This document shows, in pieces, positions 45,731 through 54,953 of a stretch of DNA of 64,000 nucleotides. The DNA is taken from positions 1-64,000 of the IMG/VR virus record IMGVR_UViG_3300049215_000496; one strand, written 5' to 3'. Numbering within the stretch: position 1 is the stretch's first letter; the number at the start of each line of letters is the position of its first letter. The notes beneath the pieces are model-generated. The model searched no databases. It had not been told where the DNA came from and saw only the letters and a list, made by a program, of their open reading frames with translations. Source of the stretch: a virus. A program made the translations under genes and the position numbers.

Positions 45731-46547
45731 TCGCGCGACCCCATTCCTAAAGTGGGCGGGCGGTAAGAATAAACTTGTGCCTGAGCTGCTCAAGTTGATT
45801 CCGGAGCGCTTCAACACGTACCACGAACCGTTCCTCGGGGGAGGAGCACTGTTCTTCGCACTTCAACCGAAGCACGCGGTACTGTCTGACGCCAACGAAC
45901 TGCTCGTTAAGACATACACAGGCGTGCGAGATTACGTCGAAGACGTGATTGGCTACCTGAAGGAGCACTACATCCCGCTGCACGCAGCTCACGGCATAGA
46001 TTTCTACAATCACACACGTGCCACCAGGCTGCAGCACCTAAGCGAGGGCGGAATAGCCGCCTGGATGATCTACTTGAATCACACATGCTTCAACGGATTG
46101 TGGCGCGTTAACAAGTCCGGGACATTCAATGTGTCTGCGGGTAAGTACAGCAACCCGAACATTTGCGCCGATGACAACCTGCGGGCATGCTCCAAAGCAC
46201 TGCAGCATACAGAGATCCTGTGTCGGGACTTCGAAAAATTGCCGCACGCAAAAGACCGCACTGGCGAGCTGTACTACTTCGATCCTCCATACGTCCCGGT
46301 GTCCGACACAGCCAACTTCACTGGGTACACCACCACAGGCTTCGACTTGCACGATCAAATCAGACTGCGGGATCTGGCGGTGCGGCTGAAGGGCGCACGC
46401 GCCCACGTGATCCTGTCGAATGCCGGATCGGATCACGTCCGATCGTTGTACAATACCGGCTTCGAAATCCGTGAGGTTGCAATGCGTCGAAACATCAACT
46501 CGGCTGTGCACAAACGAGGGACTGTTACGGAGTTCATCATTCGGTGA
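45711..46547 (+). CDS. dam: Dam-family (D12) DNA adenine methyltransferase
   Basis: PFLKWAGGK, YHEPFLGGGA, CFNGLWRVN..G.FNV, FDPPY. Confidence 0.9.
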   Translation: MNVLQPDRATPFLKWAGGKNKLVPELLKLIPERFNTYHEPFLGGGALFFALQPKHAVLSDANELLVKTYTGVRDYVEDVIGYLKEHYIPLHAAHGIDFYNHTRATRLQHLSEGGIAAWMIYLNHTCFNGLWRVNKSGTFNVSAGKYSNPNICADDNLRACSKALQHTEILCRDFEKLPHAKDRTGELYYFDPPYVPVSDTANFTGYTTTGFDLHDQIRLRDLAVRLKGARAHVILSNAGSDHVRSLYNTGFEIREVAMRRNINSAVHKRGTVTEFIIR

Positions 46548-46810
46548 TCGCGACCAAGCACGAACCTGTGGTGTACAACGGTGACGACGAACACGCCGTG
46601 ATATGTCGCGTGTGTTACAGATTGGGAAAGACTGCAACGATTAGACTACCGACTTTTACAGCAACCGTCACACTGTGGTTTGCAGGAGATGCCTCAACGC
46701 TAGTCGACATTTATGCCGCCAGTAAAGAGTGTGATGGCAACGACGCCTGGATGAATGCTCCAGCACTCGAACCGTCAAAGGCGCGCGAGCAGAAATCTGT
46801 CGTTGGCTAG
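46544..46810 (+). CDS. Hypothetical protein
   Basis: GTGA overlap with dam stop; CRVC. Confidence 0.4.
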   Translation: MIATKHEPVVYNGDDEHAVICRVCYRLGKTATIRLPTFTATVTLWFAGDASTLVDIYAASKECDGNDAWMNAPALEPSKAREQKSVVG

Positions 46811-47077
46811 GGCTTCGAGAGACTGCCGAGTTTCGTGAGCGATATCCCCAAGCGCCCCCATCTTGTCTGCGAGGGCCCGGACTGCAAAGACGCGTTCATC
46901 AACTTGAAGTCGCGGGATAATTCGCGCACTTTCAGCAAGATCGCGGACAATTTCGTTGAGCGAAAATCCAACGTCGCGGAGAGCCTCGCTGAGGACTGAT
47001 CCGCTGTCCGGAGAGGTTGGGCGCTCTCCATCGAAATCGTCGTCGCTAGGCTCATGTGAATCCCCCATGTCGTGCAA
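46775..47077 (-). CDS. Hypothetical protein
   Basis: Acidic N-terminus then amphipathic helices; alternative frame 46807..47055 possible. Confidence 0.4.
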   Translation of the reverse strand: MHDMGDSHEPSDDDFDGERPTSPDSGSVLSEALRDVGFSLNEIVRDLAESARIIPRLQVDERVFAVRALADKMGALGDIAHETRQSLEALANDRFLLARL

Positions 47078-47108
47078 TCCCCGTAATCAGCATACCATCT
47101 GCCCCCCT

Positions 47109-47504
47109 CTACACCGCAATCGTTCCGAAAGGCGCGGTCACCGACACCGTTGCCGGACCCCCTGATGCCAAGCGCATCTGAATACGAACCATCGGCCTAC
47201 GCCGCTTGAACTCTGCATCGAGAAAATGCGCTCCAACGGCAAGTGTTGATCCGCCGTTGTCCGTGAACGTTCGCAGGATCTCGGGCATCTTGATGGCACC
47301 CAATCCCGTATCCTCCTCGGCGATCTCGCGGAACCACGGGCCGCTAGGAGCTTCCCCCGTTTCGAGATACCATTCGATCACCGCAGGAGCTGTGACTACT
47401 GTGATCTCGAAGCCAAAGGTGGCGTCAACGCCCGCGATCAACAGGGCCTTCGTCGCTTTGAAGGATGCCGAAAGTGCGCCATTGAACAAGCTGACAACGC
47501 TCAT
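47109..47504 (-). CDS. Beta-rich putative virion protein (paralog of 8102..8482)
   Basis: MSVVSLFNGALSASFKATK..EWYLE..WFREIAEE. Confidence 0.65.
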   Translation of the reverse strand: MSVVSLFNGALSASFKATKALLIAGVDATFGFEITVVTAPAVIEWYLETGEAPSGPWFREIAEEDTGLGAIKMPEILRTFTDNGGSTLAVGAHFLDAEFKRRRPMVRIQMRLASGGPATVSVTAPFGTIAV

Positions 47505-48007
47505 TTTCGTTTCTTCTTGAGTGCCGCAGCAACCAGCGACAACGCGATCAAAACCGACACACCACCGACCACGTACCACACCCACTGCTGATTCGATGCC
47601 ATTCCGGTATTCTGCTGCGTGATCGGTATCGGAACGAGCGCGCCACTCGACGAGGATCTGCGAACGGCACGCTGAACAACTGGATCCGGAACGCTCCCGC
47701 CACTCTTTTGCACGCGTTGCGCGACGAGCGCCGCGAGTGCCCCTGCGTACTGCCGCACGCGCGTGACGTCCAGGTCAGCGCGAGGGAACGCCGAGGTGCC
47801 ACCGACGTACGTCGCCAGCGCGTAGTTGACAGCTTTCACCGTCGCTGGCCCGATCACGCCATCGACCGCGACCTTTGACAGATTCGGATCGCCTGTCGTA
47901 TTCCCGAGAGCCTTCAGCGCGTTCTGAAGCTGCGCCGCAGGGGATACAGGTGCGGGAGACGCGGCGGGCGCTGCGTGAGCACCTGAAATGGTGTAGATTT
48001 CCGCCAT
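47501..48007 (-). CDS. Peptidoglycan-binding-like protein with C-terminal TM (paralog of 20814..21470)
   Basis: LQNALKALG..DP..VDGVIGPAT; WVWYVVGG..LKKKRK. Confidence 0.65.
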   Translation of the reverse strand: MAEIYTISGAHAAPAASPAPVSPAAQLQNALKALGNTTGDPNLSKVAVDGVIGPATVKAVNYALATYVGGTSAFPRADLDVTRVRQYAGALAALVAQRVQKSGGSVPDPVVQRAVRRSSSSGALVPIPITQQNTGMASNQQWVWYVVGGVSVLIALSLVAAALKKKRK

Positions 48008-48076
48008 AGGCGATCCGGGTCCAAAGACTGTACCACGGGTTGCAAGTGCAGCGAAAGTGGCTGTAGTATTGAAGCC

Positions 48077-48589
48077 GTGGAAATGAAACGCCCATTCCTC
48101 ACCGGTGCCGCTGTGGGCGCACTGGGATTGTTCATGTGGCTCAGACGCGGCTGGTTCCTCGGACTCTTCCAGCACGCCAAATCGGTGTTCCACGGATTCG
48201 GTGAAGCGGGTGTCCCGGGCGCGCTGACCGCGGCACTGACCGCCATGGGACCGCCCGACGCCGGCCCGATAGCAATTCGCCAGATCCGCCGATACGCGTT
48301 CGCGGCGTCGCAGGACCAGTCCCCGGTGGTCGGGCTCACGCACGCGTCCTACGCCCTGGTGCTGCTCGACACGGTGGAAGAGATGCTCGGGCGCGAAGCG
48401 TTGAAAGGTGTCACCGGTGTGGACCCCACACGGATGCGCACGTTCATCACGGCGCAGCAGGACCGGCACGCGAAGGTGCTGGAGCGCTGCGATCCATACT
48501 TGCTGTCGGTTTTGAAGATGGAACGGGACAGCGGGAAGTTGCCGGGGTTCATCTTGCAGGGCGCGGGCAGCGCACCTCGGGGGGCTTGA
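48077..48589 (+). CDS. N-terminally anchored hypothetical protein
   Basis: Promoter TTGCAA-18-TAGTAT (48040-48069); TM then helical domain. Confidence 0.6.
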   Translation: MEMKRPFLTGAAVGALGLFMWLRRGWFLGLFQHAKSVFHGFGEAGVPGALTAALTAMGPPDAGPIAIRQIRRYAFAASQDQSPVVGLTHASYALVLLDTVEEMLGREALKGVTGVDPTRMRTFITAQQDRHAKVLERCDPYLLSVLKMERDSGKLPGFILQGAGSAPRGA

Positions 48590-48873
48590 TGCGAATCGGT
48601 CCAAAGCATTGCAACACGCTACCGGACATGGATCCGGGCATGATTGAGAAAACCGGTTACGCTGCTACGAAGCTGCGCTCGCTCGTCACGGGCAAGAAGC
48701 CGAATCGCGTGCTCGGCTACGAAGGCGAATGGACGGCAAAGGTCGTTGGCAATGACGTAGAAACAGGCAACCAAGTGACGGTGGCCTACTACGATCACGC
48801 CTATACACACGCAGCGGATGCACGATGCCGGGCCTCACAGTTGCTGCGCCATCTGAAAACGCGGGGGGCTTGA
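48586..48873 (+). CDS. Small basic protein
   Basis: Coupled stop/start junctions. Confidence 0.5.
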   Translation: MMRIGPKHCNTLPDMDPGMIEKTGYAATKLRSLVTGKKPNRVLGYEGEWTAKVVGNDVETGNQVTVAYYDHAYTHAADARCRASQLLRHLKTRGA

Positions 48874-49112
48874 TGCCAAAAACTCTAAAGACGGTGTGCG
48901 CCCTGACAGGCGGTGGGTTCGTCCTGTATACGTCAGCGAACGGCAGACTTCGCCCAATTGCTGCGCCTGCCGGATACACGCCTAACGTGATGTCGTACGC
49001 GACGGAAGGGGAAGCGCATCGGGCCGGACGCCGACTCTTGCTACGCTACCCGAGCAAAAAATTCGTCGTTCACGATTGTCGCAAGAAAGCAACCGATCCG
49101 GTGTATCCGTGA
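48873..49112 (+). CDS. Small basic protein
   Basis: TGATG coupling; MPKTLKTVC.. Confidence 0.5.
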   Translation: MPKTLKTVCALTGGGFVLYTSANGRLRPIAAPAGYTPNVMSYATEGEAHRAGRRLLLRYPSKKFVVHDCRKKATDPVYP

Positions 49113-49648
49113 CGGCAGGCAAGAAAAAGAAAGGCATCCCACCGACCGTCTGCAATTTCATGGCGGTACTGTCCTCGAAGCTCACGCAACACGACGTGAA
49201 GGAGAGCGCCCGCGAGATGAAACGTGGCAACGCCAACATCTATCGCCTCGGGCACTTGTTGGAAGCAAAGCAGAAGGTCGAAGCCGACGTGGCACGCGTG
49301 GTGCCCAACTGCGACGTGACCGTGACCCCCGAGATCGCCGCTACGATCAAGCGTAGCCTCAACACGCGTTTCAATCCCGGCTTTCCTCCCATTCGGAACG
49401 TCGAGAAGCAGCTCGATGCGTTTCTCGCGAGTGGCAAGCAGCCGTCGCTTCTCGGGGCGCGCCGCTTAGGATCGAGCAAGACCAAGCTAGATTTGATCTT
49501 GGACAAAGTGCAGCGCGGTGTGCGAGAAGTTACGTTCGATGCAGAAGGCTACACTAAACAACAATTGCAACGTCTCGTGTCGACAGCAAAGAATCGTGGG
49601 TTGCACGTCTCAGGTACCAAGCGCTGGATTCTAGTCCGATCTTTGTGA
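49109..49648 (+). CDS. Basic two-domain protein
   Basis: Lys-rich; domains joined by SLLGARRLGSSK. Confidence 0.55.
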   Translation: MTAGKKKKGIPPTVCNFMAVLSSKLTQHDVKESAREMKRGNANIYRLGHLLEAKQKVEADVARVVPNCDVTVTPEIAATIKRSLNTRFNPGFPPIRNVEKQLDAFLASGKQPSLLGARRLGSSKTKLDLILDKVQRGVREVTFDAEGYTKQQLQRLVSTAKNRGLHVSGTKRWILVRSL

Positions 49649-49815
49649 TGCTGCGTGCAGCACAAATCGGTTCGTTCTCCACCGACGCACGCACGGCAAT
49701 CACCGTCGCGCCCGACTACTTCGTGCGCTGGTACACCATCAAGAGCATCGGGCTCGGTGTGGTCGCCGCAGCGCTGGCGTTCATGATCGGGCGTGCGACA
49801 GCGCAACACCGCTGA
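49648..49815 (+). CDS. 55-aa membrane peptide
   Basis: Own translation MLRAAQIGSFS..IGLGVVAAALAFMIGRATAQHR; TGATG coupling. Confidence 0.5.
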   Translation: MLRAAQIGSFSTDARTAITVAPDYFVRWYTIKSIGLGVVAAALAFMIGRATAQHR

Positions 49816-49852
49816 CTTGCACCTACCCCCCACAGCAAGCTACTCTTGCAGC

Positions 49853-50284
49853 ATGAAACGCATTGCACTGCTTCTCGTCCTGCTCTCCGCTTCGCTGACC
49901 CCCAGTTGTGCGACAGTCCAGAAAAACCTGCCGACGGTTCTGGCGTATGTGCAAGACGGAATGTTGGTCCTCGACGAGATCGCACGCTTTGCGCCAATCG
50001 TCTTCGCAGCGCACCCTGATCCAGCACTCGAAGCCAAAGTGGATGCCGGTTTGAGCAAAGCTCGGGCAGCTCTCGATACGGCTTTGCGAATCGCTCAAGG
50101 CACCACGGACATCAACCAAGCACAGCTCGACGCCGCATTCGCGGAATTCAAGCAAGCCTACTTGGACGTGACAGGGCTCCTCGGCCCATACGGAGTGAGT
50201 CGTCAAGGTACGGCGATGGTCGCGCGGGGTGGACCGAAGCCAACGCTGGTGGTCCCCGAACCGCTGGCGGTAATCGGACGGTGA
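49853..50284 (+). CDS. Putative lipoprotein
   Basis: MKRIALLLVLLSASLTPS-C signal peptide with Cys. Confidence 0.6.
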   Translation: MKRIALLLVLLSASLTPSCATVQKNLPTVLAYVQDGMLVLDEIARFAPIVFAAHPDPALEAKVDAGLSKARAALDTALRIAQGTTDINQAQLDAAFAEFKQAYLDVTGLLGPYGVSRQGTAMVARGGPKPTLVVPEPLAVIGR

Positions 50285-51144
50285 GCACAACTTTCCAGAA
50301 GCGTGGGCGCGGTTGGCTGAAAGACAAGCCGGACGCCCGAGACCATTCCTACAGCGCGAAGCGCACAGCAGGTGCAGTAGCGTCCCCGGATGCGCACCTC
50401 CGCAAGTACATCCTGGACATCCTAGATCAAGGATCCGAGGGTTCGTGCGTCGCCAATTCGCTAGCCCAAAACGTTCGGATGTCCCACGTTCGCCAGGGAG
50501 CAGTCAATCCCCCCCTGCTGTCGCGTAATGGCCTTTACTACCTCGCGCGAGCCGTGACGGGTGACCAACACCAGGACACCGGTACGTACACTCGCAACGC
50601 TTGCGCGGCTCTGGTCAAATTCGGCTTCGCTCCTGAGTCCGTGTGGCCCTACGACGACAACACCAAGCCTGGCCCAAACGGAGAGCTTCCGAAGTTCGCC
50701 CAGATGCCACCCGCGGAGTTCTTTCGACAAGGCTTCGATCAAAAGGCGAAGCAAACAGCGGCGGGGGTGCTGCCGGCCTACTTACGAATCACAGAAACCG
50801 GAACGGATCGCATCGCCGTCATTCGACACGCTCTTGCGTCGGGCTTCGGCGTGTCGTTCGGAACGTTGGTGTCGGAAGCCTTTTGCGCAGGAGAAACCGA
50901 TTCGACCAAAGCATTAGGCCCCCCGATCAACGAACAGATTGCTGGCGGTCACGAGCTGCTGATCACAGACAGTTGGACGATGCCCGACGGATCGTTCGAG
51001 TTCAGCATTTGCAATTCGTGGAGCAAAGATTGGGGCGACGGCGGGTTCTTTCGCATGCGCACGGACTATGTAAAGTGGTCTGAAACGGATGATCTGTGGA
51101 TCGTCGAAGCGCCGCCTCTCTACTCCACGGAGCTGTCGTCATGA
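50281..51144 (+). CDS. Papain-like (C1) cysteine peptidase
   Basis: GWLKDKPDARD, DQGSEGSCVAN, GGHELLI, NSWSKDWGDGGFF. Confidence 0.9.
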   Translation: MSTTFQKRGRGWLKDKPDARDHSYSAKRTAGAVASPDAHLRKYILDILDQGSEGSCVANSLAQNVRMSHVRQGAVNPPLLSRNGLYYLARAVTGDQHQDTGTYTRNACAALVKFGFAPESVWPYDDNTKPGPNGELPKFAQMPPAEFFRQGFDQKAKQTAAGVLPAYLRITETGTDRIAVIRHALASGFGVSFGTLVSEAFCAGETDSTKALGPPINEQIAGGHELLITDSWTMPDGSFEFSICNSWSKDWGDGGFFRMRTDYVKWSETDDLWIVEAPPLYSTELSS

Positions 51145-51419
51145 TGCGCGCGTTGCTGATCGCTGGAATGTTCTTTCTTGGTGAAGGCTGCCCGCACCCG
51201 GCGCCTCCACCTGTTCCGCCAACACCCGTGATCGCCTCATGCGCCACGGTTTGCGCACACGAAACGGATCTCGGCTGCCCCGCGGCCCGCTCGACGCCGA
51301 ACGGCGCGACCTGCGAAGATGTGTGCCGAAACGTTCAGACGTCTGGAATCATCACGTGGGATCTCGCGTGCCGCAGCACCGCGCCCACCTGTTCGGCTAT
51401 CGACGCGTGCGAGCGCTGA
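51141..51419 (+). CDS. Cys-rich lipoprotein
   Basis: MRALLIAGMFFLGEG-C; CATVC..GC..CEDVC..C..C..C. Confidence 0.65.
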   Translation: MMRALLIAGMFFLGEGCPHPAPPPVPPTPVIASCATVCAHETDLGCPAARSTPNGATCEDVCRNVQTSGIITWDLACRSTAPTCSAIDACER

Positions 51420-51551
51420 AGCTAGATCTCCTCGCACTGGCACGCCTCTCACTCCACGCGTGCTGGCTGCTACCGACGGCGTTGATCGCTCGATGGACGC
51501 TGGACGAGAAGTTGATGTGCTACGTGCACAAGCGCACGGCCGAGGAGTGGT

Positions 51552-52307
51552 TCAGGTTCGACCGGACGCTGCGGGGGTGAGCGCCGGATCTTCACGAAGC
51601 ATCGCACACGCTTGCGCCAGAATTTGACACGCACGTGATTCCGTTCGCTCGATAACGATGCCGATCTCGCCAAGGGACAAATCTTGGCAGAAGTACAGCG
51701 TCAGCACGCGCTGCATCTGAAGTGGAAGCCTTTCGATCGCCGCTTGCAAGCAATCAAGCATCTGTCCGTGTGCGGCTGCTTGTAGCGCGTCGACGGCTTT
51801 AGGATCCGCGGTGAGTTCGAAGAAGTCGCGGCCGGGCGGCACGGCTTCGTCGTACCCAACCACACGGTCCCCCGCGAGGCGGCTGCGCATCTTTGCCAGT
51901 TCAGCATCGGTAAGGCCCATGTGCGCGGCGATCTCACTTTGGTCCGGCGTGCGCATGAGTGCCCTTTCAAGCTCGTTCACAACGTCTCGGAGGTGCATGG
52001 ACACACGGCGCATGTCTCGCGACAGCGTATCGTTGGCTCGAATCGAATCCAGCATGGCGCCCCGAATCCGTGTCTCAGCAAATCCCTCGAACGACACGCC
52101 GTGCTTAGCATCGTACCGCGTCGCCGCGTCGATGAGCCCGAGGTTACCGGCTGCGATCAAGTCATCGAGATCGATGTGGTCTGGCAGCTTGCGAGCCAAA
52201 CGGCGTGCGACGTTGGCTACAAACGGGAGGGGGTCAGCGATCAGTGCGTCGCGTTTGTGGCGTGCTGCTTGCGAGATAGCCTGCGGAGGTTTTCGTCGTC
52301 GGTCCAC
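51552..52307 (-). CDS. FliA/WhiG-family sigma factor
   Basis: DDLIAAGNLGLIDAATRYD, FAETRIRGAMLDSIR..D, LYFCQDLSLGEIG..TESRACQI. Confidence 0.9.
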   Translation of the reverse strand: MDRRRKPPQAISQAARHKRDALIADPLPFVANVARRLARKLPDHIDLDDLIAAGNLGLIDAATRYDAKHGVSFEGFAETRIRGAMLDSIRANDTLSRDMRRVSMHLRDVVNELERALMRTPDQSEIAAHMGLTDAELAKMRSRLAGDRVVGYDEAVPPGRDFFELTADPKAVDALQAAAHGQMLDCLQAAIERLPLQMQRVLTLYFCQDLSLGEIGIVIERTESRACQILAQACAMLREDPALTPAASGRT

Positions 52308-52316
52308 ATTTTCGCG

Positions 52317-52496
52317 TCAGCACTTTTTGAGCAGTGCATCGCGCTTGCGCATGAGACGCTTCACGACGGGATCGTCAAACAGTCCGCCGCGACCGCTCAC
52401 GAATCCCGTATAGCCGTGCTTGTCAGCTTTGGCCATTGCACGCAAGAGATTCTCCTCGATGATCCGACGCTTGATTTTGCACGCGTGTGAAGTCAT
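52317..52496 (-). CDS. Small basic protein
   Basis: MTSHACKIKRR..RKRDALLKKC. Confidence 0.45.
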   Translation of the reverse strand: MTSHACKIKRRIIEENLLRAMAKADKHGYTGFVSGRGGLFDDPVVKRLMRKRDALLKKC

Positions 52497-52828
52497 CGAT
52501 GCTTCCTCGCCCCGGCCAGTGTTTCTACGATTCGGCACTCAGCGGCGTCGAGCAGATCGGCGAATCTATCGGGACGAAACACTGTGAAAGGCTCGGAGCG
52601 TTCGCCAATAGATGCGATGGGCGGGTTACCACCAATCGCGTTCTGGCGCATCCAGCGAAACCCGCTCGCGGTTTTGCACTCGATGTGCACACGCATCGGC
52701 TTCTTCAGCTTCATCGACTTCTCGTCCGCCAGGTTCGTTGAGAAGCCTTCGGATATTATTTCAGCAATCGTAGCCCGATCCTCACCACGTCCTTGCACTT
52801 TGATCAAGTCCACACGCCGCCCTGCCAT
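52493..52828 (-). CDS. Small protein ending LAGARKHR
   Basis: Start refined to MAGRRVDL. Confidence 0.5.
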   Translation of the reverse strand: MAGRRVDLIKVQGRGEDRATIAEIISEGFSTNLADEKSMKLKKPMRVHIECKTASGFRWMRQNAIGGNPPIASIGERSEPFTVFRPDRFADLLDAAECRIVETLAGARKHR

Positions 52829-53055
52829 ATTGGCCAATAACTGTGCGCCCCGTTTGGCAACAGCAGCGTTGGCACGCACACAAGTGCCGCGAACTCGCCG
52901 GAACTCGACCAACAATAACCGCGATCTGGTATTCCACGATGTGAACTGTGCTTGGCCCAAAATGTCTCGTACTTCTGGTGGGAGGAGCGCGAACCCCCGA
53001 ACTTGACGAACGGAAACTTGCTCGTGAGCCGAAGTGTTTTGCGCCGTCGAGCCAT
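52804..53055 (-). CDS. Small basic protein
   Basis: MARRRKTLRL..; RBS GAG. Confidence 0.45.
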   Translation of the reverse strand: MARRRKTLRLTSKFPFVKFGGSRSSHQKYETFWAKHSSHRGIPDRGYCWSSSGEFAALVCVPTLLLPNGAHSYWPIWQGGVWT

Positions 53056-53056
53056 C

Positions 53057-53260
53057 TTACTCGTGCCCTCGTTTCCTGCGGGAGAGTTCCGCGCAGCCCT
53101 TCATGAGCTTCGCTTTCACTGCGCGGGCCTGCGACACACTCACCGGACGCGGCAGCACGATGTAGTTCAGCAAGCGCCCGTCACGCGCGTAGAGAACCGC
53201 GACAGCGGTGCGCTTGGCGCCGCGTTGAGATTGGAAGCGAACGGTGCACTGGGCGGCCAT
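53057..53260 (-). CDS. Small basic protein
   Basis: TGATG coupling; Arg/Lys-rich. Confidence 0.5.
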   Translation of the reverse strand: MAAQCTVRFQSQRGAKRTAVAVLYARDGRLLNYIVLPRPVSVSQARAVKAKLMKGCAELSRRKRGHE

Positions 53261-53676
53261 CAGCGTCTCCCTGCGTATCTCTTGAATGCTTCACTCTCAG
53301 GGTACTTCTCACGCAACCGCTGTTTCCAACCGACTTCACGCTTGGCAGGCTTCAATTTCTTTTGCTTTGGCGCTTTCCATACAGCGCCTGGGCCGCGCAG
53401 CGACTCAGACGACGTCTCGCCGGTCAGCTTGCACGCGATCTCAGCGCCGCTTTTCTTGCACGTCGCGTGTGCTGGAGAGAGCACGAAATCGACGCGGGCC
53501 TTACCCGTGACGTACGCGCCGCGAAACCGGAGCGTGCTTGCTTTGACGTTCACGGAGTGGTTTACGTTTTCACCGTAAGGCGAACCGGACGTTGGGATGC
53601 AACTAACACGCACTTCAGCCTTGCCTGCACCGTCCAGTGCGACGTAGCGAACGTGACAGCCTTTGGGGGTGAGCAT
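53260..53676 (-). CDS. Basic Cys-containing protein
   Basis: Beta-rich domain, SLRGPG, Lys/Arg tail. Confidence 0.55.
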   Translation of the reverse strand: MLTPKGCHVRYVALDGAGKAEVRVSCIPTSGSPYGENVNHSVNVKASTLRFRGAYVTGKARVDFVLSPAHATCKKSGAEIACKLTGETSSESLRGPGAVWKAPKQKKLKPAKREVGWKQRLREKYPESEAFKRYAGRR

Positions 53677-53979
53677 CTACCGACGCTTCCGTTTCTTCGC
53701 CCCGTGCAGCTCACGAATCGAAGCCATCGCTTCGGACGAGTAGTCCTTCTCGTACGTGATCAACGGCCAGGTAAGTCGACATGCTTTGCGCACATCGCCA
53801 ACAATCAGGGGCTTTGATCCATCCCCGCCGCCGGGCGTGAGCACCTGGAGCTGCGCCCCGTGACCGGCTCCACCAACCGGGCACAAGCGAAACTCTCGCG
53901 CTTTCGTGCCCTTGCGCTGTACGATCATGCGCACGCACTCAGTGAGCTTGATCTTTTGTGCTTTGTTCCACTGAATCAT
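53677..53979 (-). CDS. Small basic protein ending LHGAKKRKRR
   Basis: GGAGG RBS before ATG 53979; may instead start at 54060. Confidence 0.55.
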   Translation of the reverse strand: MIQWNKAQKIKLTECVRMIVQRKGTKAREFRLCPVGGAGHGAQLQVLTPGGGDGSKPLIVGDVRKACRLTWPLITYEKDYSSEAMASIRELHGAKKRKRR

Positions 53980-54059
53980 CGGCGCCTCCCCGAATGACGG
54001 CGCGACACGCGACCGTGGTCGCCCACACCCACCAGCTCTTCGTCTTGGTTCTCTGTGCA

Positions 54060-54470
54060 TTACGAATCCTTGTAAATTGCCCAGAACCCGTAGAACAACC
54101 CGAACGCGGCACCGGCGATCCCCAGCGTCGCAAGTGTCGTGGTGATGTTGCCGACGATCCCCGCGCCATGAAACGACGGGGGCAGCAAGCCCTCAGGGGT
54201 GTACGGATTCGCCACGTACGACGGAGGCATCAATCCCTCGGGGGTCTGTTGCTGCGACGTGTACGTTGGCGCCATGAGCCCGCACTTGCGTCCGATCACA
54301 GTGTGGGCCTTCATCACAGTTCTCTGCGTGGACGCACTCTGACGGACCGGTGCGTTCTGTAGCAGCCCGATGGCCCGCGCGACAGCATCCCGGGCGAACA
54401 CACAATTGCCCTCACGCAGAGCTTCGTTGGCCTGACGCACGTACGACAGGATCAGCGCTTTGTGAGTCAC
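54060..54470 (-). CDS. Membrane-anchored protein with TPEGL(M/L)PPS duplication
   Basis: GTGA coupling; C-terminal TM. Confidence 0.55.
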   Translation of the reverse strand: MTHKALILSYVRQANEALREGNCVFARDAVARAIGLLQNAPVRQSASTQRTVMKAHTVIGRKCGLMAPTYTSQQQTPEGLMPPSYVANPYTPEGLLPPSFHGAGIVGNITTTLATLGIAGAAFGLFYGFWAIYKDS

Positions 54471-54931
54471 TCTGCCAGCTCCTGATATCGATGGTACAGC
54501 ATGACGCCGCCCACGACGAGTCCCGTTGCCAGCGCCAGCGCGCCAACGATCTTCCACGGAGTCCAGAACGGCTTGTCACTTCCCGCGCCCTGCACCTGAA
54601 CGACGTATGTACCGTCCGGAAGGTCAACTGCCACGCCGACAGGAACAAGCTCTTGGCCGGTCGTCCGGGGCGCACCGGCGCCGCACGGGAGCATCGTCAG
54701 CGCGTGTGTGTGGCCGTCCGACGGATCCGGTTGGACCTTGAAGTCCCGCACGCGGTGGTAGTGCCCCGAATCAACGTCAGTGTTTCCGGTGCCCTCAGCG
54801 TTCAGCCACGCCCCGTGCTTGTGCATCGGAACGTTCTTGCCTGTGTTCGTGGTCGTCTGCTGGCACGGAAAACCGGGAGGCAGCGGCCTCGCGTAGACCA
54901 CATCCGCCGGATTTGGATACTCGTTGCGCAC
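54467..54931 (-). CDS. His-motif protein with C-terminal TM
   Basis: MHKH, GHYH, DGHTH motifs; TM IVGALALATGLVVGGVML. Confidence 0.55.
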   Translation of the reverse strand: MRNEYPNPADVVYARPLPPGFPCQQTTTNTGKNVPMHKHGAWLNAEGTGNTDVDSGHYHRVRDFKVQPDPSDGHTHALTMLPCGAGAPRTTGQELVPVGVAVDLPDGTYVVQVQGAGSDKPFWTPWKIVGALALATGLVVGGVMLYHRYQELAE

Positions 54932-54953
54932 GGTGGGAGCGGGGGGCCACCCC

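Noticed and set aside
49853-52307. Host assignment to Myxococcota from the Cys-rich lipoprotein and sigma factor
   Set aside because: Suggestive only; cannot be supported without database searches
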